Source of the DNA: a virus
Lineage: Duplodnaviria; Caudoviricetes
Length of the DNA stretch: 59,960 bases
Reading direction: 5' to 3' (one strand)
Virus record (IMG/VR): IMGVR_UViG_3300032295_002318
Span: 1-59,960 of that record
Part shown: positions 28,832 through 37,325 of the stretch, piece by piece
Layout of the letters: every line of letters begins with the position of its first letter
How positions within the stretch are numbered: the stretch's first letter is position 1
Translations under genes and position numbers: made by a program
The notes under the pieces: model-generated
Seen by the model: only the letters and a program-made list of their open reading frames with translations
What the model was told of the DNA's origin: nothing
Databases searched by the model: none

Positions 28832-29263
28832 TCACGCCCTCACGTACTGAAACAAAATACCGTCACCTTGATCGTCCCAGTCGTGGAGAGTCTCCACTGC
28901 CCGGAAGCCCATCGCCTTGGAAAACATCTGCGCCGCTACGTCGTACTCACTGACAGTAGCGAACAATGAACGCCGCTTGCCATCAACCTTTCTCTTGAGC
29001 ATATCGATCAAGCAACGCCCTACGCCCTGCCATTGCTTCCCCGGATCGACGGCTAGCAGGTGAATATCAATCGCCTGATGTTCAATAGCGTAAACCACCA
29101 CGCCTGCAACGCTACCGCTGATCTCGGCAACCATGCCGATGACGTTCCGCTGCCGAAGCATCAATCGCAGTTCAGCCTCCGGTATATCGATCCCGTTGCC
29201 TTCGAGTATTTCCATCACCCTAGGCATGTCGGGTATTGTCAGCCAACGAGTATGGGCCGTCAT
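28832..29263 (-). CDS. GNAT acetyltransferase, RimI-like
   Basis: LAVDPGKQWQGVG acetyl-CoA motif; LRQRNVIGMVAE resembles planctomycete RimI. Confidence 0.8.
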   Translation of the reverse strand: MTAHTRWLTIPDMPRVMEILEGNGIDIPEAELRLMLRQRNVIGMVAEISGSVAGVVVYAIEHQAIDIHLLAVDPGKQWQGVGRCLIDMLKRKVDGKRRSLFATVSEYDVAAQMFSKAMGFRAVETLHDWDDQGDGILFQYVRA

Positions 29264-29326
29264 AACTTGCTCTCGCTCAAAAAAAGTAACGTTGCGTTTT
29301 TCTACGAAGTGGAAACGTTTCCACCC

Positions 29327-30310
29327 CTAGAAGTCGTCCGGCCTTGCAAAACGTTGAAATTGATTCGTAAAGGCTTGAACAGCCGTATCGAGGTCTTCGT
29401 AGACTTTGCGGAACACGTTGCCGAGAACCGGATCTTCGACGAGGCTCGCAAGCTTGAAGCAATTTTGATCCAAGCTACCACGGATCACGCGAAGTTCACC
29501 CGCATGCTTCCCGATAGCGTCCTGAATCTCTTTCAGCTTCGCTTGGTTCTCTGCTTCTACCATGCGGGCTCGCTCTTCGTCCTCAAGTCTTTGACGTTCG
29601 GCATCGATCGCGGCTTGCTGTTCGCGCTGCTGCTTTTCGACTTGTGCCCGTTGTGCGTCGATCTCTTGTTGGCGTAGCAGTGCCTCGTATCGCAGCCGGT
29701 CAAGCTCTTCCTGCTGCTTAGCTCGCTCGCGTTCGAATTCGGCCCGTTCCGCTGCTAGCTTGGCTTGCTCGGCTTGCAGGGCCTCACGCTTCGCTTGCTC
29801 TTCCTGTGCGATTTTAGCGGCCTCTGCTTCGGCCTGCGCCTTCTCGACGCGACCTGCCTCAAGTTCCTCGAAGTACTCGGTATCCGTCCAAGTCTCAGCC
29901 TGTTCCATAGTGCAAGGCTTGCCGGTTAGCTCAACGAACTTGGCAATCCTGCCATCAACGAAGGCTTTCTGCTTCGCTTCCAGCTCTGCCTTGACCCGCG
30001 CCGCCTCGTCATCGACCGCCTTTTTCTTCGCCTTCAATGGCTCTTCGATCTCAACGATCAACGCGGTTAGCCGCTTCGCCTCTGCGTTAACCTTGCGTTG
30101 CCACTCCAAAGCTTCCTTGTTGAGCCCTGTCCGCCTGTCGTCGATCTCCGTTCGCTTCGAGACACAAAGCCGAATAGCCTTGCGAACCTCTTCGTAGCCT
30201 TCCTTTGTGTCGGCAGTCAGCTTGCTGAACTCTTCCTTCCAAGCGGAAATCACGGACTCCGCCGCGACTTCCGTAAGCCCCTTAACCTGAACCAATTCAG
30301 ACGCGCTCAT
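29327..30310 (-). CDS. Long coiled-coil protein
   Basis: Glu/Ala/Gln/Arg heptads; IEEPLK motif. Confidence 0.65.
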   Translation of the reverse strand: MSASELVQVKGLTEVAAESVISAWKEEFSKLTADTKEGYEEVRKAIRLCVSKRTEIDDRRTGLNKEALEWQRKVNAEAKRLTALIVEIEEPLKAKKKAVDDEAARVKAELEAKQKAFVDGRIAKFVELTGKPCTMEQAETWTDTEYFEELEAGRVEKAQAEAEAAKIAQEEQAKREALQAEQAKLAAERAEFERERAKQQEELDRLRYEALLRQQEIDAQRAQVEKQQREQQAAIDAERQRLEDEERARMVEAENQAKLKEIQDAIGKHAGELRVIRGSLDQNCFKLASLVEDPVLGNVFRKVYEDLDTAVQAFTNQFQRFARPDDF

Positions 30311-30572
30311 AACCCCTCGCCAATGCTTGCTGTTCGATAGCTTGGGCAATCCTCAAGTCAGCCGCACGTTGCCGCCGTAGTTCCTTGATTTCTGCCTCTA
30401 CGTATTCCATGGCTTGCTCAGCGCTAACGCATCGCGGGAAGTCCGCATCGAAGCCCGAAGGTTTCTCGATGATCCATCCTCTGCCATGCTCAAGGATCAA
30501 CCAGTGCCCGTGAACCGAAACACCCTCAAAAATCCCATCGTCAGCACGAGCCCATTCAACGCTTTTAGCCAT
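30297..30572 (-). CDS. Hypothetical protein
   Basis: GGAG RBS; promoter motif upstream. Confidence 0.55.
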   Translation of the reverse strand: MAKSVEWARADDGIFEGVSVHGHWLILEHGRGWIIEKPSGFDADFPRCVSAEQAMEYVEAEIKELRRQRAADLRIAQAIEQQALARGYERV

Positions 30573-30647
30573 GATTTCACTCCAAGATATCAACGCCACC
30601 GAAGGCCAGAACAAAACAAAAAGTGGAAACGTTTCCACCAAAACAGA

Positions 30648-30938
30648 CTATTTCTTGACGATCTTCGACCGCCCGATACACAGAGTATTTTGCAGTTGAA
30701 CCCGCCGCGTCATCTGACCGAGCTTGTATACCCGCTGATCTAGCGTCTGACTCTGGAGCATCTCATAGGCCCAGCCCGGCATCGGGGTCGTATAGGCCAG
30801 CGTCCAGACTCCCTCAAGCCGATCTAGCTCAGCCTTGGTCAACTCGCAGCCGTCGAGCAACGCAAGCTCAGCAATCTTCTCGCGAACGATTTTGTGATTG
30901 ACCATCGCCGAGTACCTTTCTTGCGACTTCCAAAACAA
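30648..30938 (-). CDS. Hypothetical protein
   Basis: ORF in co-oriented block. Confidence 0.45.
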   Translation of the reverse strand: MFWKSQERYSAMVNHKIVREKIAELALLDGCELTKAELDRLEGVWTLAYTTPMPGWAYEMLQSQTLDQRVYKLGQMTRRVQLQNTLCIGRSKIVKK

Positions 30939-31404
30939 CCCTGAGGCCCATGCTCAAAACGCTGAACAACGCCCCTAAGATAACGCCGCAAATCAGACTT
31001 GCAAAAAAGGTATCCGCCGGATTGCGGTAGTTCATCGACGCGCCCCACGCTGTCGCAAGTAGGAAGCAAGCCAAGCCGCCGACCATCAACCAACTACGCC
31101 ACAAGCCCTCTAGCAATTGATCCAACTTCGGATCGATCTTGCCAATATTTGCAACGTTGTTTTTTTCTGCGCGTTTCTTCGGTAGTTGATCCTTCGCGGG
31201 CTCCGGCGCTGGAAACGTTTCCACCCCTGGAAACCGCAAACCCTGTATTTTCCTTGCTGCGACTATCTCAAAGGTATCTGCAATCTCAATTTGCGAATCG
31301 GGATTTACCCGGCCTGAATCGACCCACTTCTGAAGCGCCTCAAGGTCGAGAACGTTCAGCTTCCACCCGCCGTAATGCACTACGAATTTGACCTGAGCGT
31401 TCAT
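30868..31404 (-). CDS. Membrane protein, possible GYF_2-like N-terminus and two TM helices
   Basis: LEALQKWVDSGRVNPDSQI; hydrophobic C-terminus. Confidence 0.55.
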   Translation of the reverse strand: MNAQVKFVVHYGGWKLNVLDLEALQKWVDSGRVNPDSQIEIADTFEIVAARKIQGLRFPGVETFPAPEPAKDQLPKKRAEKNNVANIGKIDPKLDQLLEGLWRSWLMVGGLACFLLATAWGASMNYRNPADTFFASLICGVILGALFSVLSMGLRVVLEVARKVLGDGQSQNRSREDC

Positions 31405-32864
31405 ATTTCCGTTTCCTCTACCTCGTGCAAACCCTGCAAAACATCCACCGAACGACACAGCAACGCAATCGCTGCTTCCAGTGCGTCAGGCCCGTCGTCA
31501 TGATCCCCGTACGGGAATGCCTTCGCTTGCCGAATCAATAGCTCATTGCTCGCCGACTTGCGGAAGCGTAGCAACCGCTTATCGAACCACTTTCCGAGGC
31601 GTTCGATTCGAACATGCTTGTTCACCCGCTGTTCAACGAGGATCGGCCTATCGGCGTTGTATCCGATCTCGTTGCACACTTCCCAGTAATCATCAGCTAG
31701 CAGGTCTTGCCATGCGTTCGCCTCAAGTCCTACGAAGGCCGTCCGCCGTTCTCGGTTGAACGTCACGTAGTCACGAACCATCTTCGATACCGGCTTGCGG
31801 TCAATGTCACTATCGACGTAGAAAAGCCCGTTCCGGAAGCCGACCCAGATTTGCGCTTGGTAGTCACCCTTGCGCGCGTTCTTCCCCTTGGACGGATCCA
31901 GAAACGCCGCCGAGATTAAGCAATCCTTCGGCTCGGGGAATTCATCGTCGTCGGCCCAGATATTAGCAAAGTACGAATCGGGGAAGTTCGCCATCGACGA
32001 TCCCTTGGGATTGCCCTGGTAGATTGAATGCCACCAGTGCCCCGCTTGCCGCTTGCGTCTCTCCATTACTTCCGCAGGCCATCGTTCTGGCCACAACGCT
32101 TCGCCCTCTTGCCTGTTCAACGGGTCTTTGACTTCGGTACCTTCCCTCAAGGCTTGCAGCGTTACTGATCGCACCCGGATATCCAATTCCTCCTTGCGTG
32201 ATTCGATACGGCCTATGAGGTCGTCGGAATGCCACTGAGTACATAGGAGCACGCACTTCCCGCCGGGCTCCAATCGCGTTCCCGAAGTGGAAACAAACCA
32301 ATCCCACTGATCGTCCCGAACCTTCTGCGAGTAAGCTGACTTTGCGTCTTTCAGGTAGTCATCGATAATCAGCAAGTTCGCGCCGAACCCAACGATCGAT
32401 GATCCAACCCCAGCCGCTAGGCACTCCCCCTTGGTCTTCTCTAGCTGCCAGTTCCGCACCGCTGAGTGCTTCGGATCAACGCCATCGAGCCCCATCATCG
32501 GGGAAAGCTCGTGTACCTTGTCGCGTACCCACCTTGAGTGACTGCTAGCAAGCGTTGCCGTATTGGTGCAAATCATTACCCGTTTGTATGGGTTTCTAAG
32601 CATGTACCAGCTTGGTGCCCATCGTGCTAAGTACTGGCTCTTGCCATGGCGAACTGGGCATTTGACTATCAAGCAATCGAGGTTCGGATCACTTAGCAAG
32701 TTCCTGAACTCGAAGTCGATCACCGCTAGGTGCCGAGCGCGTTTCCACTCACCGTTCGAAAACCGCTCAGCCATCAGCAACGGACTACGCATTGCCCGCG
32801 CGTCATCGACTGCTCGCTGAGCCTCTTTAGGACTGACCCACGCCGGAACGTTAAGCGTAGTCAT
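31401..32864 (-). CDS. terL: Terminase large subunit
   Basis: PVRHGKS Walker A, LLIIDD Walker B, LDPS, HDDGPDA nuclease motif. Confidence 0.93.
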   Translation of the reverse strand: MTTLNVPAWVSPKEAQRAVDDARAMRSPLLMAERFSNGEWKRARHLAVIDFEFRNLLSDPNLDCLIVKCPVRHGKSQYLARWAPSWYMLRNPYKRVMICTNTATLASSHSRWVRDKVHELSPMMGLDGVDPKHSAVRNWQLEKTKGECLAAGVGSSIVGFGANLLIIDDYLKDAKSAYSQKVRDDQWDWFVSTSGTRLEPGGKCVLLCTQWHSDDLIGRIESRKEELDIRVRSVTLQALREGTEVKDPLNRQEGEALWPERWPAEVMERRKRQAGHWWHSIYQGNPKGSSMANFPDSYFANIWADDDEFPEPKDCLISAAFLDPSKGKNARKGDYQAQIWVGFRNGLFYVDSDIDRKPVSKMVRDYVTFNRERRTAFVGLEANAWQDLLADDYWEVCNEIGYNADRPILVEQRVNKHVRIERLGKWFDKRLLRFRKSASNELLIRQAKAFPYGDHDDGPDALEAAIALLCRSVDVLQGLHEVEETEI

Positions 32865-33366
32865 CCTCACCCCCTGGTATCACCTTGAACTCTCTTAGGT
32901 CGAGCTCGTCATCCCTGCCCGGCCCTTCGATCAAGGCGAGCACTTGGTTCACTGTGATATTCGCCGATCCTGCTATCTGCGTTGGCAAGTCTCTCGGCTT
33001 GTTGTTCGCCTGATCCATCGCCAGAAGTAACCTTGTGGCCCATAGCTTTTCCTTCGGGCCTGAATCGGGGTTCATGGCGATTCTCGCAGATTCGAACACC
33101 ATCCGTTCCCGTAGCTCTTGGGGCACGGGCCAGCGTTCGTTTACGGCTCGAAGCTCTAAGCGTAGGTCTTTGAGGCGTTTGACCTGATCCCCGCGTCCTG
33201 CTTTGATCGCAGTCGCTTCATTGGCCTTGCTTAACTCAGGCCAGAAGAATGATTCTTTTTGGGGTTCGCCTGTCGCTTTCAGTGCTCGGCTCTGTGACAC
33301 CGGCTTACTGCCTGTCGTGTTCTTGCCTTGCACCGGTGACTTCTTTTTTCCGGCGCGCTTCGTCAT
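32851..33366 (-). CDS. Probable terminase small subunit
   Basis: 171 aa directly upstream of TerL. Confidence 0.5.
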   Translation of the reverse strand: MTKRAGKKKSPVQGKNTTGSKPVSQSRALKATGEPQKESFFWPELSKANEATAIKAGRGDQVKRLKDLRLELRAVNERWPVPQELRERMVFESARIAMNPDSGPKEKLWATRLLLAMDQANNKPRDLPTQIAGSANITVNQVLALIEGPGRDDELDLREFKVIPGGEDDYA

Positions 33367-33381
33367 GGCTTTACTGCCCTT

Positions 33382-34080
33382 TTACTTCCCGTCATTCTGG
33401 GAAGCGTTAGGGTCAGATTCGAACTGCCCCTTCTCAACTGGATTGTTGAGCGTGCCGCCATCAGCACTTCTAACGCGTTTTGGATACGGTCTTGATAGTG
33501 ATTCTATTTGCTTGCGCATGGCTGAGTCCAGGGGCATAAGGTATCTATGCTTCCCGCATATCTTTCTTTTGACTGCCCCAGAAGGAACCGATGCAACTGA
33601 TCTCGCTCCACCACCAAACTGCTGACCAGTATACGCCCGCTTGTTTAATCGCTTTCCATTCAATACCCATTCGAAAGAATCCGCGCTCTTCCCAGCGTAT
33701 ATCCAATTGCCAGCTTGGTAGATTCCTCCTAAGTGCCCTTGCTCTGGGTCTGCAAAAGACACAACCATTCTCAATCCAGGTGATTGGTTCTTAAGAAACG
33801 CTAGGCTAACTCTTATGATCCTGCTGACTGCGTTTCTGTGAGTGGTCATCGCCACTCTGACAAGTTCGCAGCATTCGCCAATACGCAAACCATACGGACT
33901 CCCTAGATTTCTGTTCATTCCCCATGCGAACAACACTACCCCGATGAACTTACCACACTCCCAAACGCCGACTTTTACCATTTTTCCAACTGGTAGCGTC
34001 TTCGTGTAGTGCCAGTTTTCGCAAGCATACTTTGCTGCTTCGTGAGTAGCCCAATCAATCCGCAAATCAGACTTGCTCAC
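33382..34080 (-). CDS. Mom-like GNAT-fold DNA modification protein
   Basis: WHY, IGVVLF, ELVRVA, VSFADPEQGHLGGIYQAGNW, KHRYL. Confidence 0.8.
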   Translation of the reverse strand: MSKSDLRIDWATHEAAKYACENWHYTKTLPVGKMVKVGVWECGKFIGVVLFAWGMNRNLGSPYGLRIGECCELVRVAMTTHRNAVSRIIRVSLAFLKNQSPGLRMVVSFADPEQGHLGGIYQAGNWIYAGKSADSFEWVLNGKRLNKRAYTGQQFGGGARSVASVPSGAVKRKICGKHRYLMPLDSAMRKQIESLSRPYPKRVRSADGGTLNNPVEKGQFESDPNASQNDGK

Positions 34081-34657
34081 GGCAATTGAACTCCGCTTTG
34101 CAATGTGGGCAAGCAACCATCACCGGGGATAATTCATCGAGCTTGCCTTGGTCATCCACCGTTCCAGGTTCAAAGCTTGGGTTCTCATCCCCCTGCCACT
34201 GCCCGCACTCAGCTAACATTTCTTTCGCCAGTTCATCGAGCGATTCCATGCCGAAAGCACAATCAGCAACCAACTGATCCAACTGCGCCGCATCGACCTC
34301 AGCAAGTTCGCTTGACGCATCGAGGATGAGTAAGGCTTTCTTCTCATCCTCTTCGGATAGCTCGACGTATTCAACGTCAACGAGCGTTTCATCGCCTACG
34401 CCTAGGGCCTGCATTACCCGTTCGTGCCCGTCGATGATGCGGCCTGTCGTGCGATTGACTAACACCGACTTCACGAAGCCTAATTCCTCGATCGACTCCG
34501 CAACCACCTTGCGTTGCTTCTCTGGGTGCTTCCTGTGGTTGAACGGGTTCGCTAGAAGTTGAGACGCGGGCACCTTTTCATGCCCGACGATCTTGGATAC
34601 CCAGCGGGACGGCTCATTGCGCCCCGAGGCGTTCTGATTGCTTGCTTTCTTCGGCAT
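34067..34657 (-). CDS. ParB/Srx N-terminal domain protein
   Basis: NPFNHRKH, SIEELGF, IIDGHER; C-terminal CPHC. Confidence 0.8.
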   Translation of the reverse strand: MPKKASNQNASGRNEPSRWVSKIVGHEKVPASQLLANPFNHRKHPEKQRKVVAESIEELGFVKSVLVNRTTGRIIDGHERVMQALGVGDETLVDVEYVELSEEDEKKALLILDASSELAEVDAAQLDQLVADCAFGMESLDELAKEMLAECGQWQGDENPSFEPGTVDDQGKLDELSPVMVACPHCKAEFNCREQV

Positions 34658-34750
34658 TGCTGCACTCTCTTGGATAGGGGAAGGTAATCCAAGGTAACAC
34701 GTGAAAGAGCCAATTGCAACTAACGAGAGAACGCGCAGAAAAACGCAACG

Positions 34751-34927
34751 TTACTTTTCTTTGAGTCGCTTGATATCCTTGGCGATTACGTCAGGCATCC
34801 ATGCGGTCAGCTTGCCCTTGATCTGCTCATAGGCTATCTCGATTGCCTGTTCTTCCGTCGCGCCTTCGACCATGCAGATTGCCTTGCGTTCGAGGTACTC
34901 CAAAAGTTCACCGCTTTGCGCGTGCAT
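34751..34927 (-). CDS. 58-aa hypothetical protein (LERKAICMVEG)
   Basis: Below ORF-track cutoff; translated by hand. Confidence 0.5.
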   Translation of the reverse strand: MHAQSGELLEYLERKAICMVEGATEEQAIEIAYEQIKGKLTAWMPDVIAKDIKRLKEK

Positions 34928-34987
34928 TTTCTATTTCCCCTGCATTTTCGTTGATTTCAAATGGCAGCATTTTGGAAACGTTTCCAC

Positions 34988-35024
34988 AAAAAAGCCCCGC
35001 CGGACGTATGGAATCCGGCAGGGC
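34988..35024 (-). terminator. Intrinsic terminator
   Basis: GCCCTGCCGGA...TCCGGCGGGGC followed by TTTTTT. Confidence 0.75.
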
Positions 35025-35151
35025 AGGTCAGCAGCGTGAAGGAGCACGCCGATCCTTTGAGGCGATTGGGGCTATGAACCCGGCTCGACCCCTCACCAGC
35101 TAATTTGGCCTGCTCCTAGTGAGCAGTCACATTTGCCAAGGCTAGCCAACC

Positions 35152-35388
35152 TCAGCCGACTTGCTCTTTCAATGGGTCAACTCCCTTCGGAAACACAACC
35201 GTTCCCTGAATGTACCCATTGCTAATTTCAGTGATCTCGCAGGAAGATAGCCCGCCCTGCAAGTCGAAGAACGGAATCTCATCGCCCACCTTAACCGAAG
35301 TCTCGCCGATGCTGACTGTGCCCATCGTGCCAATGATGAACGGATTTGTTCTTTCGAATCGTTTCACGTTTTGACCTTCAGCACTCAT
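35152..35388 (-). CDS. Hypothetical protein
   Basis: Start overlaps sigma stop. Confidence 0.55.
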   Translation of the reverse strand: MSAEGQNVKRFERTNPFIIGTMGTVSIGETSVKVGDEIPFFDLQGGLSSCEITEISNGYIQGTVVFPKGVDPLKEQVG

Positions 35389-35837
35389 CCGACTCTCTCC
35401 CTTAATACTTCCAAGGCATCGCGTACGATCTTCGCAGCCGTCGGACTGCTAACCCCGAACACTTCCGCAATCTCTGCGAGCGTTGCGTCATCATAGTACC
35501 TCATCTTGATTGCCGTTGCTTGATCTTCCGTGAGGTACTCGAACGCTTGCGAAAGCGCGTCAATCTCTTCTGACCTGATTAACGCCGCCAACGGATCGCA
35601 GGAAAACTCATTTCGATTATTTTCCATGTGCCAAAGGTGATCCCGCCTCTGATCCCGGAACGCCTTTCTGCGAGCACTCTTTGCCGTCCAAACGGCTTTC
35701 TTCTTTGGTGCCTCTGCGTAGGTCTTTAGGATCGCGATTGCCGCCTCTTGGAGTACGTCTTCAACGTCCACTTTCTCGCGTACGCTTCGGAGTTCACGAG
35801 ATACAATGCCAGCCATAGAATCAAGAATATCAAGCAT
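35385..35837 (-). CDS. Sigma-70 family (ECF-like) RNA polymerase sigma factor
   Basis: VEDVLQEA region 2; LTEDQATAIKMRYYDDATLAEIAEVFGVS region 4. Confidence 0.8.
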   Translation of the reverse strand: MLDILDSMAGIVSRELRSVREKVDVEDVLQEAAIAILKTYAEAPKKKAVWTAKSARRKAFRDQRRDHLWHMENNRNEFSCDPLAALIRSEEIDALSQAFEYLTEDQATAIKMRYYDDATLAEIAEVFGVSSPTAAKIVRDALEVLRERVG

Positions 35838-35939
35838 TTTTAAGCCTTTCGATCCAATCGAATCAGTACAAAACAACCGGGTTTCCCCGTCACTTATTCC
35901 ATCTTAGGTAATAGGCTACTATTTGACCAGCCCAAGGCG

Positions 35940-36311
35940 CTAGGCGTCGGATTTTTTCGGAAAGATTTCCAGGATGACTCCAGCCTTTTTGGGGGTTATC
36001 TCGACGGTTACTGCTCCAATCCAAGAAATCTGCCAGTGATCGCCCTCGATCCCGCCAGCGTCAACCACGCCATCAATCAGGGCCTTGCATTGTTGGATCA
36101 TGTTCGCTCGATCCCGTTGCCGATTGTCCGGCACCTCGAAGTGATAGTTAATCACGTGAGGCCCTTTGACCGCCTCTTGCCCCCTTGCGATTGCGTCGAG
36201 CGTTATGCACTTCGCAATCAATCGAAGGTTCGCAACCTCTTTGCTTTTATCGCTCCATCGGCCTTTATTGTGGGCCGTGATGCCCTTCGGATACGGTAGC
36301 TCAAGTCGCAC
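35940..36311 (-). CDS. RusA-like Holliday junction resolvase
   Basis: LELPYP, PDNRQRDRANM, KALIDGVVDAG..EGD. Confidence 0.7.
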   Translation of the reverse strand: MRLELPYPKGITAHNKGRWSDKSKEVANLRLIAKCITLDAIARGQEAVKGPHVINYHFEVPDNRQRDRANMIQQCKALIDGVVDAGGIEGDHWQISWIGAVTVEITPKKAGVILEIFPKKSDA

Positions 36312-36726
36312 GATTCCTAACCCTTTCTTCTGCGTACCACGGATCGATCGGCTCAGACTCCAATAGCCGCACCGAATGTTTGTTGATGTACTCCAAGTCC
36401 AACCACTCGGCATCATAGAGCTGCTTGAGCGCAACCATTTGACCGGGACTCAAAGCAGGTCGAAGGAAGCCCGCTATCCGCTCCCTGTGGCTTGCCTTGT
36501 GGCACAAGGTACAAAGCATCACGACTAGCCGCCGATCTTCTCTTCGAGGCTTGTTGGCGATGTGGGCGCGTTCAATCAGCCATGGCCCAAAGTAGTTCGC
36601 AGGTTTCCGGGATGCACCGCAAGCCCAGCACGAAAAGAACAACGACCGCATAGCCGCGTATTCAGTCTGTGCGTTGTATTCGTTCGATTGCCAAGGCTTG
36701 TTCGAGGTCAAGCAAGGTTTGCTCAT
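36301..36726 (-). CDS. HNH-like zinc-binding protein
   Basis: CWACG, ERAHI, LCTLCH. Confidence 0.6.
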   Translation of the reverse strand: MSKPCLTSNKPWQSNEYNAQTEYAAMRSLFFSCWACGASRKPANYFGPWLIERAHIANKPRREDRRLVVMLCTLCHKASHRERIAGFLRPALSPGQMVALKQLYDAEWLDLEYINKHSVRLLESEPIDPWYAEERVRNRAT

Positions 36727-37325
36727 GGATCGATCCTTTCCATTCCCGAAGTTTCGTCGGTACGGTCTGCGCATCCTCGATCATCTCCAACGCTGCTATC
36801 ACCAACTCCGGGTTCGCTGTCGCTTCGATCCTTCGCAAGCTCTTCTCGACGTTTGACTCCCGCTGATATCGCGGCGGATAGTTCCATCCTGGAGAGTCTT
36901 GCTGCTTCTCTCTGTGGAGTCCGCCCGGTGTAAAAATCCGTTCCTGCGATCCGTCCATTGTAAACTCCCTTGTAAGCATGGGGACAATTCAACTCAGCCC
37001 ATTCGTCATCAAGGATTTCGCCGCGTACGCTGTTGACTTCGAGTCGATGAATAAAAGTAACATCGCTTTTTTCTGCGTACACTTTCAGCATACCATCTGG
37101 AAATCTTTCCACGACGATCTTATGCCGACCCCACCCCAAGGCCGCGTCATCCTTCTCAATCTCGCCCCTGATCCAATCGACTATCTTACGCCCGGCATCG
37201 GTTGCCATGATCGCCCTAGCGTACTTGCGAACGAACCAACCGAGGTACCGATTCCCCGCGTCAGTATTGAGCAACCATTTCGCCATCTGTTCGCGCGATA
37301 GGAAGGCCATCCATTCGGTACTCAT
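36723..37325 (-). CDS. Hypothetical protein
   Basis: 200 aa, coupled at both ends. Confidence 0.6.
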   Translation of the reverse strand: MSTEWMAFLSREQMAKWLLNTDAGNRYLGWFVRKYARAIMATDAGRKIVDWIRGEIEKDDAALGWGRHKIVVERFPDGMLKVYAEKSDVTFIHRLEVNSVRGEILDDEWAELNCPHAYKGVYNGRIAGTDFYTGRTPQREAARLSRMELSAAISAGVKRREELAKDRSDSEPGVGDSSVGDDRGCADRTDETSGMERIDP

